DNA from: Planctomycetota bacterium
GTDB taxonomy: Bacteria; Planctomycetota; SZUA-567; H5-PLA8
Direction of reading: 5' to 3'
DNA length: 64,000 nt
Assembly: GCA_045863855.1 (NCBI GenBank)
Contig: BTVV01000006.1
Coordinates: 32,001 to 96,000, forward strand
The position numbers and the translations under genes were made by a program. Positions 47,609-58,307 of the stretch are shown one piece after another (the stretch's first letter is position 1; each line of letters opens with the position of its first letter). The notes below the pieces were generated by a model, which saw only the letters and a list, made by a program, of their open reading frames with translations, was not told where the DNA came from and did no database searches.

Positions 47609-48469
47609 TCAGGTCGATTCGCGCTTGGCTTTAATCCAGCCGGCCCATTGCAGCTTGTCGCGGATGATCTCGTAGCGCCCGCGCCGGCCCAGCGTGACGA
47701 TGTTAAATTCGTGCGGCGAGCGCCCGATCGTCACGCGCGTGCCGCTCTTGAGGCTCACGCTGACCTGCCCGTCCATCACCAGTTCGACGGGAGAACCGTT
47801 GCGGGTTTCGGGGGCGATCTCGAGCTTCTCGTCGCCGGCCAGGACGATGGGGCGGCTTGCCAGCGTGTGCGCGCAGACCGGGACGACGATCAGAGCCTTG
47901 AGCCGTTCGGACAGGATGGGACCGCCAGCGGAGAGACTGTACCCCGTCGAGCCCGTGGCGCTGCTGACGATCAGGCCGTCGCCTTTGTAATTTGCGACGG
48001 GCTCGCCCGAAACCGAGACGCCGACGGTCATCATGGCTGCTTTGGGCAGGCGCAGAAGCACCGCATCGTTTAGCGCCTGGAGCGTTTGCTTTTGCCCGGT
48101 TCGTCCGCGCCGTGCGAACGTGGCTTGGAGCATCATGCGAGGCGAGAGCACATATTCGCCTTTCAGTACTCGCGGCAAGACTTGCTTCAATTCGTCGTGC
48201 TGAACCTCGGCCATGAAACCGAGCTGCCCCATATTGACGCCCAGGACGGGGATGGGATTGCCGGCCAGGCGGCGCGCGACGGAGAGCATGGTACCGTCGC
48301 CTCCGAAGACGAGCATGAGATCGGCATCCACGCGGCGCAGGTCCTGCCCGTCCTCTCGGTCGATGCCGACGACGTGGGCCATGCGCCGCAGCCACGGCAA
48401 GGCCGCGCGCAGCGCCGCGCCCGTCTCCTTCTTGCGTTTGGTATACGCCACCAGAAAGATGCGCTTCAT
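47609..48469 (-). CDS. nadK: NAD(+) kinase
   Basis: GGDGTML, GVNMGQLGF, ALND, GDGLIVSSATGSTGYSLSAGGP, MDGQ. Confidence 0.95.
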   Translation of the reverse strand: MKRIFLVAYTKRKKETGAALRAALPWLRRMAHVVGIDREDGQDLRRVDADLMLVFGGDGTMLSVARRLAGNPIPVLGVNMGQLGFMAEVQHDELKQVLPRVLKGEYVLSPRMMLQATFARRGRTGQKQTLQALNDAVLLRLPKAAMMTVGVSVSGEPVANYKGDGLIVSSATGSTGYSLSAGGPILSERLKALIVVPVCAHTLASRPIVLAGDEKLEIAPETRNGSPVELVMDGQVSVSLKSGTRVTIGRSPHEFNIVTLGRRGRYEIIRDKLQWAGWIKAKREST

Positions 48470-48535
48470 GATGCGCCCAGTCTGTCCCCAGTCGGCGGTG
48501 CTGGCAAGGTCAGGCGAGCGGAAGGATGTGTGCGG

Positions 48536-49687
48536 TCACGGTTTGAAGGCGGGCAAAAGCGCAAGGTCGCAGGGATAAATCGTGAACGGCGTACGGCTGC
48601 AGAAGACCAGCCACGCGCCGTCCTTTTTCTCGCAGACCCAGGGGTAGCAGAAGCCGTGCTTGCCATCTTCGGCCAGCGTCCGTGGATCGCTCCAGGTTTT
48701 TCCGCCGTCGGCGCTGGTCATGAGGGCCAGGCGTTGGCGAGGGCCGTAGGGCATTTTGGCGGCCTTGGCCAGTGCTTCCCGCGCGGCCTTCTCGCCTTTG
48801 CCGGCGATGGGATTCCAGAGCAGCGCGATACGCCCGTCCGGCAGTCTCTTCAGGTACGGCGGCGCGGCAAAGGACTCGATGGCGGTAGGCGCAAGTACGC
48901 TCCAAGTTATACCGCCGTCGGTCGATCGCGATTCGTACAGGACGCCCGTGATGCTGCGCGCGAGCATTAAGACCGAACCGTCGGGACATTCGGCCAGCGC
49001 GGGTTCGTGAATCAACAGAGGCTGCGGGTCGATCTGGCGCGTTTCCATCTCATGCTTGGCGTGGCCCAAGGGTTCGGTGAGCGTTCAGGTGACCCCCTCG
49101 TCGTCGCTGCGCGCCACGAGCGTTTCGCGGTCTTTGGCATTGCCGATGGTGACGGACGACGCGCGGTGCGCAGCCATCAAGATGCGGCCGCTGGAGAGGC
49201 GGATCGACCGGTCGTTCGCGCCGCCGGCGTCGAAAAGCTTTCGCCGCTCGGTCCATGTCTTGCCGTCGTCCGCACTCTCGATCGCATGTTTGACGTTGGA
49301 GTGCCCTTCGCGCATGCGCACGCTGAAAGACAGCATAAGGCCTTTCTTTACCGGCACGAATCCGGCCTGCATGATGTTCCGGGTGGCGGCGCCCACCGGG
49401 AGGGGCTGCGCTTCGGACCAAGTCGCTCCGCCGTCGGAGGATTCGGAGAGCACCAGCGTGGCCGGCCCGTTGTCGCCCAAGGTCCCGCAGCGGTCTTTGT
49501 GCCCGTCGAATCGGCTCCAAACCAGCAGAATGCGGCCATCGGGTAATTCGACCGCCGAGCCTTCGCTGTGCCGATAGTGCGTGGCGTCGCAAGCCGCGAG
49601 TATGCGCATGCCGTCTGCGTCGCCCGCATGAACCCCGCCTGCGGGCAGGAACAGATTCAACAACAAGAAGAAAAAGAGGCCGCGCAT
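48536..49687 (-). pseudogene. Secreted BNR/Asp-box (sialidase-like) protein interrupted by an in-frame TGA at 49085-49087
   Basis: ORFs 49085-49687 and 48536-49069 share one frame; Asp-boxes SSDGGATW, SADDGKTW, SDDEGVT*, STDGGITW, SADGGKTW; signal peptide; C-terminal YP. Confidence 0.85.
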
Positions 49688-49700
49688 GGTCCTCTGTCCT

Positions 49701-51848
49701 TTAGGGCCGGAAGCCGCGCAGGTAGCGGCGGTATTGCGCGAATGCCATCAGCGGCCAGTAGTGCCGGTAGTAGTGGTACTTCAGGTAGAAGACGCGCGGG
49801 AAGCCGGTGCCGGTCCACTCGTCTTCGTCCCAGGTTCCGGCTCCGGTTTGCGTATCGAGCAGGTAACGCACGCCGCGCCGCACGGCTTGGGATTCGCCTT
49901 GGCCGGCGTTGAGCAGTCCCATCACGGCCCACGCCGTCTGGCTCGCGGTGCTCGGCCCCATGCCTTTGCGCGTGGGGTCTTCGTACGTATCGCAGCGCTC
50001 GCCCCAGCCGCCATCGGCGAGCTGCACGCTCCTGAACCATTCCACTCCTTTACGCACATAGCCCTTCGACATGTCTTCGCCGATCAAGCGCAGCCCGCGC
50101 AGGACCTGCCACGTGCCGTACATATAGTTCACGCCCCAGCGCCCGAACCAGCTCCCGTCCTTGCACTGGTCTTTCTTGATGAAGGCCATCGCGCGCTTCA
50201 CCACGGGATGCTCGAGCGTGAAGATCTCCGGCGCGATGGTGGCGAACATCTCCAGCGTGCGGCTGGTAAGGTCCGCGGTGCTGGGGTCGATCATCGCATT
50301 ATGGTCGGCGAAGGGCACCTTGGTCAGGAAGTCCATCGTGTTGTCGCGGTCGAAGGCGCCCCAGCCGCCGTCCTGGTTTTGCATGCCCAACACCCAGCGC
50401 AGCGCGCGCTCGATCGCCGCGTCCACGCGCTCGTGCTCGCCCTTCGGATACACGTTGCGCAGAGCCATCATGGTCATGATCGTGTCGTCGACGTCGGGGT
50501 AGAACTCGTTCTCGAACTCGAAGTACCAGCCGCTGGGCGGGACGTTGTTCTTCACAGACCAGTCGCCGGGTTGCTTGACCTCTTTGGACAGCAGCCATTC
50601 GCAGGCGAGCTGCTGAGCAGGGTCTTCGGCGCGACGTCCGGAAACCGCCAGCGCGTAGGTCCCGATCGCCGTGTCCCAGACGGGGCTGTGGCAAGGCTGT
50701 ACGCGGATGGTGTCCGTGGCCGGATCGGCGATCTCGAGCGCGTCGAGTTCCTCGATGCCGCGTTTGATCCACGGATCGTCTTCCTTGTAGCCCAGGATGC
50801 GCAGCGCCAGGACGCTGTTCATCATGGCGGGCAGGATCGCACCCAAGCCGCCCGACTTATCGAAGCGTTCGAGCATCCACATTTCGGCGCGCTTGATCGC
50901 CATGCGCCGCGCCGCCTGGATCGGGAACTGCTCTGCGATCTTCAGCGCCTTGTCCGTCAGCAGGAAGAAGTTGGTCCACGAAACCATGCGGCTGTCGCCG
51001 GCCAGTCCCAGTTCCGCATGTTCGCGTCCGCCCACGAACAACTCGTCGACGTGGCATTCCGGCGGCAGCGGGCAGACGGGTTTGAGCGCGTAGATGACCG
51101 AAAGCGGCACGAAGATGGTGCGCGACCAACTGGACATCTCGTAGATGTTGATCGGGGACATGTTGGGCAGGAAGATCATCTCCGGCGGGATCGCCGGCAC
51201 GTGCGCCCAGTCGTACTGATCGAAGAACGCGAGGTGGAATTTGGTGTAGGTGTTGGCCTTCGTCGCGCCGCCCATCGCCAGAATCGTGTCGCGGCTCTTG
51301 ATCATCATCGGATCGTCGGCCGGAACGCCCGCGATCTTCAAGGCGAAGTAACTCAGAACCGAGATCGAGATTTCCGGCGGGCCGTGCTCGAAGGTGTTCC
51401 AGCCGCCTTCCGGCAGGCAGCATTCGCGGATCACCTTCGCGTACTTGGGAATCTTGGGATGATCGCGCTGTCCGAAGAAGGCTTTAAAGAGGATGAAATA
51501 ACTTTCCAGCGTCGTGTCGGCTTCCAGTTCGGCGACCCAGAAGCCCTTGGGATTCTGGCGCTGCAGGAACCAGGTGCTGCTGGCTTCGATGGCCCGGTCG
51601 AGCGATTCGTGCGTAGGCGTTTCCACTACGCGGTTGCGGCTCGACGAACCCACCGCCGTAAGCGAAGTGGGTGTCAGCGTCACCGGCCCGCCGCCCAAAC
51701 CCTGCGGCCCCGCGGCGTCCATCGCCATGGCGTGACCGCGCAATCCGGGCATACCGCTCAGCCATTCCTGCAGTCGCGCTCGCCAAAGCGCCGGGGTGGC
51801 AAACGGGGTTTCGCTCGAATGCCAGTCACTGGAGTTTCGATGGTTCAT
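49701..51848 (-). CDS. shc: Squalene--hopene cyclase
   Basis: YPDVDDT (DxDD), SPVWDT, QW repeats QNPKGFW, QNQDGGW, QCKDGSW, QLADGGW; GTGFPRVFYL; start uncertain. Confidence 0.95.
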   Translation of the reverse strand: MNHRNSSDWHSSETPFATPALWRARLQEWLSGMPGLRGHAMAMDAAGPQGLGGGPVTLTPTSLTAVGSSSRNRVVETPTHESLDRAIEASSTWFLQRQNPKGFWVAELEADTTLESYFILFKAFFGQRDHPKIPKYAKVIRECCLPEGGWNTFEHGPPEISISVLSYFALKIAGVPADDPMMIKSRDTILAMGGATKANTYTKFHLAFFDQYDWAHVPAIPPEMIFLPNMSPINIYEMSSWSRTIFVPLSVIYALKPVCPLPPECHVDELFVGGREHAELGLAGDSRMVSWTNFFLLTDKALKIAEQFPIQAARRMAIKRAEMWMLERFDKSGGLGAILPAMMNSVLALRILGYKEDDPWIKRGIEELDALEIADPATDTIRVQPCHSPVWDTAIGTYALAVSGRRAEDPAQQLACEWLLSKEVKQPGDWSVKNNVPPSGWYFEFENEFYPDVDDTIMTMMALRNVYPKGEHERVDAAIERALRWVLGMQNQDGGWGAFDRDNTMDFLTKVPFADHNAMIDPSTADLTSRTLEMFATIAPEIFTLEHPVVKRAMAFIKKDQCKDGSWFGRWGVNYMYGTWQVLRGLRLIGEDMSKGYVRKGVEWFRSVQLADGGWGERCDTYEDPTRKGMGPSTASQTAWAVMGLLNAGQGESQAVRRGVRYLLDTQTGAGTWDEDEWTGTGFPRVFYLKYHYYRHYWPLMAFAQYRRYLRGFRP

Positions 51849-51971
51849 GCGCGCTCGTAAGCCTCCTAAAAAATGCACCTATGTGGTCGCCAGGTACGCG
51901 CGCATCACGTGTGCAGCTTAAGAATGGCTGCTCGGGGCCGTCGATATGCGTGTAACCTTTAAGGCTGAGTC

Positions 51972-52000
51972 AAGTTAGCTAGAGAGATGCGTGAAGTCAA
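51972..52000 (-). promoter_or_regulatory. Sigma70-like promoter for shc
   Basis: Minus strand TTGACT (52000-51995) - 17 nt - TAACTT (51977-51972). Confidence 0.5.
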
Positions 52001-52006
52001 GAAAAT

Positions 52007-52038
52007 AGCCTTGAGCTGCACATGTGCAGCTCAAGGCT
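52007..52038. repeat. Perfect 32-bp palindrome (operator and/or terminator hairpin)
   Basis: AGCCTTGAGCTGCACATGTGCAGCTCAAGGCT equals its own reverse complement; followed by ATTTTC on the minus strand. Confidence 0.9.
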
Positions 52039-52062
52039 GCAAATTTGGGTTTTGTTAGAATT

Positions 52063-52878
52063 TTAACGCTGACCTACGATATAGGCCAACCAGCCGGGCT
52101 GATTCTCGGCGCGCCTGCGGGCGCGATACTCGCTTTCGTCTTCATCGTCCTCGATGTCCCAATACACTTGGACATCGCGAAAGCCGGCCAGTTCCAGCGC
52201 GTCTTGAACTTCCACGGGCGTGTAAAGCCGCCAGTGATATGTAAACGCTTTGCGCAACTCGGTCCCGTCGTTGAAGCGAAAGTGAATGTGGCAGAGCGCG
52301 CGGTTGTCGATGGGGTTGTAGTCCGCTTGATCCCAAACGTAGGTGAAGCGCCCAAGGTCGCTCTTGACCTTGCGCGGCTCTTCTTTGACCTGCTGGCTTT
52401 CCCAGCCGCCGTAGCAATCGAGCAACATGATCCCGCCGGGCGCGAGGCTTTCGCGCACCTGTTTGAAGTAGGCGCTCAGTTCTTTGATCGAAGTGAAGAA
52501 CATGTACGAGAAATTCAGCGCGCAGCAGACGTCGGCGCGCGGGCGGGTGACGGTGCGCACATCTTGGCAGCGCAGGTCCACGCGGCGGGCGGCATGGCCC
52601 AAGGGCTGAAGGTTCTGGCGCCGGCCCCAGTCCAGCGTGGCGGCGTCGAGGTCCAGAGCCAACGCCCGGCGTTGCGGCCCGGAGGCGACCCAAGTGGCGG
52701 CGTTGAGCGCCGTACCGCAGAAATCTTCGCGCAGGATACGTGGCTCGCGCCGATTGCGCTGCCGGTAGGCCTGCGCCATGAACTCCACTTCGAAGTCCGG
52801 GGTCTGGACGGATTCCTGATACAGTAAATGCCGATCGGCGTGAGCTGCCGTGAGTTTATGTTTCTTGGTCTTGCTCAT
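52063..52878 (-). CDS. Class I SAM-dependent methyltransferase
   Basis: LREDFCGT motif I variant, ALDLD, CQDV, LAPGGIMLLD..GG. Confidence 0.8.
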   Translation of the reverse strand: MSKTKKHKLTAAHADRHLLYQESVQTPDFEVEFMAQAYRQRNRREPRILREDFCGTALNAATWVASGPQRRALALDLDAATLDWGRRQNLQPLGHAARRVDLRCQDVRTVTRPRADVCCALNFSYMFFTSIKELSAYFKQVRESLAPGGIMLLDCYGGWESQQVKEEPRKVKSDLGRFTYVWDQADYNPIDNRALCHIHFRFNDGTELRKAFTYHWRLYTPVEVQDALELAGFRDVQVYWDIEDDEDESEYRARRRAENQPGWLAYIVGQR

Positions 52879-53088
52879 GAGTGCATGACGTCCTCAGCAC
52901 GTTGAATGGGATGCTAGGTTGTGTGTGTTCGCCCAACTTTTGTCAAACGAACCGAACATAAACGTGGAATCATTCAGGCTGCATGCGGCACTTGGCGGGG
53001 GGCTCGGCCGCACCATGATCGAGGTCGTTTCAACGCAAATGAACCGAATCGCGGAGCCCATACGCCGAATGGGCCGTAGCCGTCGTAA

Positions 53089-53377
53089 AGCTGGGTGTTG
53101 GTCTTTGTGCCCATCGCCGCGGGCTTGAAGTGCGGAGCGCAGGAAGAGCACACCTGAAACTTTCTGACGGCGTGCCTTGCGAACATTCCGCTGGCCGGCT
53201 GGATGGGCAAAGCGACCGAGCACCCCGCCGAGCGCAGGCGGTCACGGTCACGGCGGCGCCGAAGGCCATGCGATCTGGCCCTTGGGCAAGGCCTTGGCGG
53301 TGCTTTGGGGCGCCGCGGCCATGGCGGCTTGGGTGAGCGAATTCCTGGTCGGATCGGTGGAGCACGCGGCGTACTAA
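53089..53377 (+). pseudogene. Degraded Ca2+/H+ antiporter (CAX/ChaA) remnant
   Basis: First frame SWVLVFVPIA..HT*NFLTACLANIPLAGWMGKATEHPAER (CAX N-terminus, TGA at 53155); second frame GHGHGG..WPLGKALAVL..AWVSEFLVGSVEHA* (CAX mid-region). Confidence 0.75.
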
Positions 53378-53395
53378 TCCCGGGCGCGCCGCGGT

Positions 53396-54715
53396 TCATG
53401 GAGCGGCCAGAACTTCGCATTCAGCACTTTGGAGGGTGATGCCCCAAGAGCCGGCCTCGGCCGGGTCTGACCTGTAAAGGTAGTGCGCGGCGACATGCGC
53501 CGGGGTGCTTGAGGCGGGCAGCACGGTGCGCAGATCGAGTTCCAGCTCGTAGCTTTCGCCAGGGTGAAGCGTAACGGGCACGCGGCTGGGGGTGAGTTCC
53601 TCGGCCAAATCCGGCGCGAGGCGCTTGCGCAGTTTGCGCGGAAGCACTTTGGTAAAGGCCGGCGCGTCCTGTGCCGAGGCGCGCACTTGCAAGCCGAAGT
53701 TCACGCCCAATTCGTGGTAGCCGGGCACGCCGAGCACCTGGCTTCCGGTATTACGCAGTACGATGGTGGCGAGCACGGGGCCTCCCGGGGCGCGGGGTTC
53801 GAGGCGCAGGGTGAGTTCCAGGCTCTTCGCAAAGCGTTCGACGACCCAGGAGCTGGCGGCATCGACCCCGGCGTCGTTGCGCAACTCGAGCAGCCCCGTT
53901 TCGTTCAAGGCCGCGGCTTGGCCGGCGGCGACGGTACGCTCAGTCGTTCCGGCCGCGGCGGTCGCCCGGCCTTCGGCAAGGAGGAGTTCTTCGGGCTCGC
54001 GGCGCAGTACGAAGCGCGCAAGGTCGCCGGCGGAACGGACCTTCATGCGCCCGGCCTGAAGCGTGAAGTCTTTGCGCGCGGCCGGCCAGCGTACGGCGGC
54101 TTCACCGGACTCGAGGATCATTTCGTGCGCGCTGCGTAAGGTGATGCTCGATCCGGCGCGCAGGCGTACGTCGACGCCGCCGTCGAGTTGGATGCGCTGA
54201 CCGTCCTCGCGCGCGGTGAAGGTTTCGTTGGCGCGCAACGCTTCGCCGCGCTCTTCGCCGGGAAGGGGCTCCACGGTGGCGAGCGGCGGCTCGGGCTTGG
54301 GGCCGGGGGGGTGAGGGGGATGGCCGCCGGCGGGCCCGAATGCGATGCCCACGCCGATGAATGCGGCGACCGCCAAGAGCAGAAACGCGGCGAACCAGAT
54401 GCCCGTGCGGCGCGCGGGCGGTGCGGCGGGCGGCGGGACCGGTTTGAGCGCGCTGCGCGATTCCTCGGCGATCTGCTTGCGCAAGCGCTGCAAGACTCGT
54501 TCGCCGTCGGGCAGTTCCCCGTCGCGGAGTTCGGATTCTTCGCGCACGCGCGCCCAGAGCGTCTGGTAGGTGACGTAGAGTTCCTTCGCGCGCGGGTCGG
54601 CAGCGAGGCGGCGCTGCAGCGCTTCGGCTTCTTCGGGCAACATGGCGCCCATGGCCAGCAGCGCGACTTCGTCGCGGAAGGCTTCGGGCAGCTCGTCTGC
54701 GTGCGGCTCGCTCAT
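53396..54715 (-). CDS. Anti-sigma factor with TM, FecR-like and C-terminal beta-sandwich domain
   Basis: GGGAGGG RBS; LLAMGAMLPEEAEALQRRL; one TM; LDGGVDVRL..S..LESGEA; LRNTGS..LHPGE Ig-like pattern. Confidence 0.7.
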   Translation of the reverse strand: MSEPHADELPEAFRDEVALLAMGAMLPEEAEALQRRLAADPRAKELYVTYQTLWARVREESELRDGELPDGERVLQRLRKQIAEESRSALKPVPPPAAPPARRTGIWFAAFLLLAVAAFIGVGIAFGPAGGHPPHPPGPKPEPPLATVEPLPGEERGEALRANETFTAREDGQRIQLDGGVDVRLRAGSSITLRSAHEMILESGEAAVRWPAARKDFTLQAGRMKVRSAGDLARFVLRREPEELLLAEGRATAAAGTTERTVAAGQAAALNETGLLELRNDAGVDAASSWVVERFAKSLELTLRLEPRAPGGPVLATIVLRNTGSQVLGVPGYHELGVNFGLQVRASAQDAPAFTKVLPRKLRKRLAPDLAEELTPSRVPVTLHPGESYELELDLRTVLPASSTPAHVAAHYLYRSDPAEAGSWGITLQSAECEVLAAP

Positions 54716-54758
54716 GCTTCCCTCCCGTCCCGGCTCCTGCGTTCTCGAGTGCACCGCG

Positions 54759-55340
54759 CTATTCGCGTACGTGCCGTTCCAGCTTGCGGCGCAGCGCATC
54801 GGCGGCGGCGGCCATGCGCGACTTCACCGTACCGACGGGTAAATCCAGAATCTCGCCGATCTCGCGGTAACTCAAACCTTCGACTTGCGCGAGCCGGACC
54901 ACCTCGCGCTGTTCTTCGGGCAAGGCTTCAAGCGCTTTGCGTACGACGGCGCGGAGTTCCTGGGCGGCCAGCGTGCGCACCGGACCGGCGGCTTCGTCGG
55001 CGGGTTCGGCGACGCTTCGCGGAGCGTCCTCGTCGCCTTCGGCGGAACCCAGGCGCGCGCGCTCGCGCGAGGTTTTGGCCCGCGCGTCCAACCCCACGTT
55101 TTTGGCGATCTGAAAGAGGAAGGTGGAAACCTTGCTTTCGCCGCGCCAGCGCGGAGCGCTGCGCCAGACGCGCATGAAGACTTCTTGCAGCGCGTCCTCT
55201 GCGGCGCTCTTGTCGTAGCACATGCGGAAGAGGAAATGGCCGACCGGCTTTTCGTACGCGCGGTACAGCGCCTCGAACGCCTGCGCGTCGCCGCGGGCCA
55301 TGCCGGCCATCCACTCGCGGTCCTGGCGGTCGTCGAACAA
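54759..55340 (-). CDS. ECF RNA polymerase sigma factor
   Basis: TTG start with GGAG RBS; GDAQAFEALYRAY..AEDALQEVF..STFLFQIAKN; LPEEQREV..GLSYREI..LP.GTVKSR. Confidence 0.9.
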   Translation of the reverse strand: MFDDRQDREWMAGMARGDAQAFEALYRAYEKPVGHFLFRMCYDKSAAEDALQEVFMRVWRSAPRWRGESKVSTFLFQIAKNVGLDARAKTSRERARLGSAEGDEDAPRSVAEPADEAAGPVRTLAAQELRAVVRKALEALPEEQREVVRLAQVEGLSYREIGEILDLPVGTVKSRMAAAADALRRKLERHVRE

Positions 55341-55467
55341 GTCCGGGCTCCGTGAAAACTGGGCGCCAGCACGATACCATCCATTGCGGAATTCGGATGG
55401 CGGATTTCGGATAGGCTTCGCTTGGGCTTGCAGGGTCGGTAGACTGCCAAGCGCTACCCAAGCTCGG

Positions 55468-56499
55468 ATGTTGCGTGAAATGCAGATCCATGGCGATGCG
55501 CTGTTGATACGGCCCGGCGCGCTGGGCGATGCGGTGCTCACGTGGCCGGTCGTCGAAGCCTTGCGCACGGCGGGTGCGCCGGCGGTTTGGATCCTCGGAG
55601 CGCCTTCGGCGTGGGGCTGGATGCCGCGCGGGCACGCGCACCTCCGGCTGCTCGATTGGAACGATCCGGCTTGGATGGGACTTACCAACCCGCATATCCC
55701 GTTGAACGCCGAGGCTCGCGCACGGCTCGCGGGCGTGACGTGTGCGGTGGCTTATTTACGCAGCGGTCAGGACGATGCGCGAACCGCGCTGCGCGGGCTG
55801 GGTATCGAGCATTACCTTGCGGCCGAACCGCCGGTGTTAGGCGAGCGTGCGCCTGCGCATGCCGCTTGTGACTGCGATCCGTCCGCGCCTCCGGAAGCCT
55901 GGCATGCGGCGCGAAAATTGTGCGCGGCACTCCCGAACGGAACGTATGCCGCGCCGGGTGCGGAGCCGGACGCGGACGTGTGGATGCCTTCGGCGGCCGA
56001 GGCCGCGGCGGCTTTTGCGGCCGTGGGGTTACGCGAGGCTCCGGGCCGCGGGTGGCTGGCGCTGCATCCCGGCAGCGGCGGTCGCTTCAAGTGCTGGCCC
56101 GTGGATCGATTCGTCGAGTTGGCGCGGCGCGCGGTCGCGGCTTGGGGCGTGGAACCGCTGGTCTGCTTCGGCCCGGCGGAAAGCGAGACGCGCTCGGCGT
56201 TCGATGCGGCTGCGCGGCAAGCGAACCTTGCATACCGATCGGCCGTGGAGCGCCCGCTGCGCGAGGTGTTGGCGCTCTTGAGCCACGCGCGGCTCTTTGT
56301 CGGCAACGACGCGGGCGTGACGCACCTGGCCGCGCGGGTCTGCCCCACCGTGGCGCTTTTCGGGCCGACCGATCCGCGCGTCTGGCGCCCTTTGGGCAAA
56401 CGGGTGGCGCTGGCGGCCGTTCCGCCGCCGGCGGCGGCCATGGATGCGTTGGACCTTGAGACGGTGGAGCGGCGGTGCGCGGAGCTAATGGCGAAATAG
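55468..56499 (+). CDS. Glycosyltransferase family 9 (heptosyltransferase-like)
   Basis: IRPGALGD, LHPGSGG..K.WP, VGNDAG..HLAA, ALFGPT.P..W.P; start 55468 or 55480. Confidence 0.85.
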   Translation: MLREMQIHGDALLIRPGALGDAVLTWPVVEALRTAGAPAVWILGAPSAWGWMPRGHAHLRLLDWNDPAWMGLTNPHIPLNAEARARLAGVTCAVAYLRSGQDDARTALRGLGIEHYLAAEPPVLGERAPAHAACDCDPSAPPEAWHAARKLCAALPNGTYAAPGAEPDADVWMPSAAEAAAAFAAVGLREAPGRGWLALHPGSGGRFKCWPVDRFVELARRAVAAWGVEPLVCFGPAESETRSAFDAAARQANLAYRSAVERPLREVLALLSHARLFVGNDAGVTHLAARVCPTVALFGPTDPRVWRPLGKRVALAAVPPPAAAMDALDLETVERRCAELMAK

Positions 56500-56521
56500 G
56501 CGGTAGCTCGATCTTCGGCAG

Positions 56522-57964
<1,443 letters not shown>

Positions 57965-58228
57965 GCGTTTGGTTGTATTCGATGCACGAAGATGCGGCAA
58001 TGGGGCTGCGAATTCGCAGCCATTTAAGCCGCCATTTAGTGGAACGAATGTTCCATTGCGATCGCTCACTTGGAGGCTCGCTGCCAAGCACGAGGATGCG
58101 CAGCAAACGCTGTAGCCCATCAATCCTCTAAGCTTAGGAAGCGGGCGAGGCCGTCTCTTGGCCCACCGCCAACAGCCACAGGCGGTACGCCACACACCAC
58201 CGTTTTGAGGAAAAAGATCCCAGCAGAG

Positions 58229-58282
58229 TTGACATTGGGGTGAATTGGCTGGTATCTTGTTTGTGGTACAAACAAGTTTGTA
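58229..58282 (+). promoter_or_regulatory. Sigma70 promoter with overlapping inverted-repeat operator
   Basis: TTGACA(58229)-18 nt-TATCTT(58253) with TGn extension; TTGTTTGT-ggt-ACAAACAA (58257-58275) and TACAAAC-aa-GTTTGTA (58267-58282). Confidence 0.7.
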
Positions 58283-58307
58283 TTAAATCCGATTAAGGAT
58301 TTACCGC

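Noticed and set aside
49085..49087. Alternative genetic code (TGA=Trp/Gly) or selenocysteine
   Set aside because: TGA clearly ends many genes in ATGA overlaps (8901, 31537, 42910, 45909, 58958, 59647); the position is a motif Trp, not a Cys
52894..53420. Short ORFs 52894-53223, 52974-53420 and 53030-53365 as genes
   Set aside because: Low-complexity translations; the region is better explained by the CAX remnant on the plus strand
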